Below, piece after piece: positions 63,581 through 64,000 of a stretch of DNA of 64,000 nt; position 1 is the stretch's first letter, and each line of letters opens with the position of its first letter. Both the position numbers and the translations under genes were made by a program. Under the pieces are notes generated by a model. It made no database searches, was not told where the DNA came from, and was given only the letters and a program-made list of their open reading frames with translations. The DNA comes from Callorhinchus milii (Eukaryota), in NCBI RefSeq assembly GCF_018977255.1, contig NW_024704742.1:118172001-118236000 (forward strand), written 5' to 3'.

Positions 63581-64000
63581 ACCATAAAGGGTAATTTCTA
63601 TAGTCTTCTCCCATAACTATTCATTCCACAGTTGGTAATGAACCCTGATGCTGCTTGTATTGGAGGTTTGACAAATTGAGTGGTGGTATCACTGAAAAGG
63701 TGGGTCCTGTCCCTACCTCACATCCACTCTCAGTACTTTTAGCAAAAACCCAGATGATGGTTAAGAATAGGAAGCTTGGCCAAATCAGCTAACTCCACTC
63801 CATCCATAAAGTAATTGAATGGTTTATTGGGAATTGCTTGGTTAAATATAGTTAGCTCCTGGTAACTCTTCACTCCAAAGGAAAATGGTTCAGTGATGAG
63901 TTATCTGGAATGGCATATGTTTAAGTCATAAATAAATGTGACCGGGATAGCTTAAAACTGGTTGAGTTATCAGGAGGAACAAATAAAGCAGGTTTATTTT

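Noticed and set aside
59800-64000. LHFPL2 coding exon expected from human synteny
   Set aside because: No LHFPL-like peptide found on the minus strand within the window.
1-64000. CRISPR array or prokaryotic operon-type system
   Set aside because: The sequence is a spliced vertebrate locus. The recurring short motifs are dispersed SINE/LINE tails, not regularly spaced repeat-spacer units.

Overview
Vertebrate genomic DNA. The repeat landscape (L2-clade LINEs with (TTG)n tails, tRNA-derived SINEs with (TTA)n tails, Deu-domain SINEs, CR1) points to a cartilaginous fish, probably a holocephalan; the species assignment is inference. The window holds two divergently transcribed genes in the same arrangement as human 5q14.1. 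One is the 5' end of AP3B1 on the minus strand (exon 1 at 16705-16847, exon 2 at 528-603; the gene continues off the left edge). The other is a complete 9-exon SCAMP1 on the plus strand (29997-57104, 334 aa) with a GC-AG intron 3 and a long repeat-poor 3' region. Most ORFs in the supplied track are L2 fragments or noise. Four things stand out. (1) A palindromic Penelope-type element carries a minimal type I hammerhead ribozyme motif at 25876-25912 (-), and its mirror copy is broken by a SINE insertion. (2) A phase-compatible candidate alternative first coding exon of AP3B1 lies at 2519-2643 (-). (3) A decayed retroviral gag (MHR plus CCHC knuckle) is followed by a coiled-coil ORF with no pol or LTR, just behind the AP3B1 promoter. 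(4) The LINE and SINE families share a 3' stem-loop with a compensatory base change. Repeat boundaries were read by eye and are approximate. Comparisons with human proteins and repeat families are from memory, not from searches.
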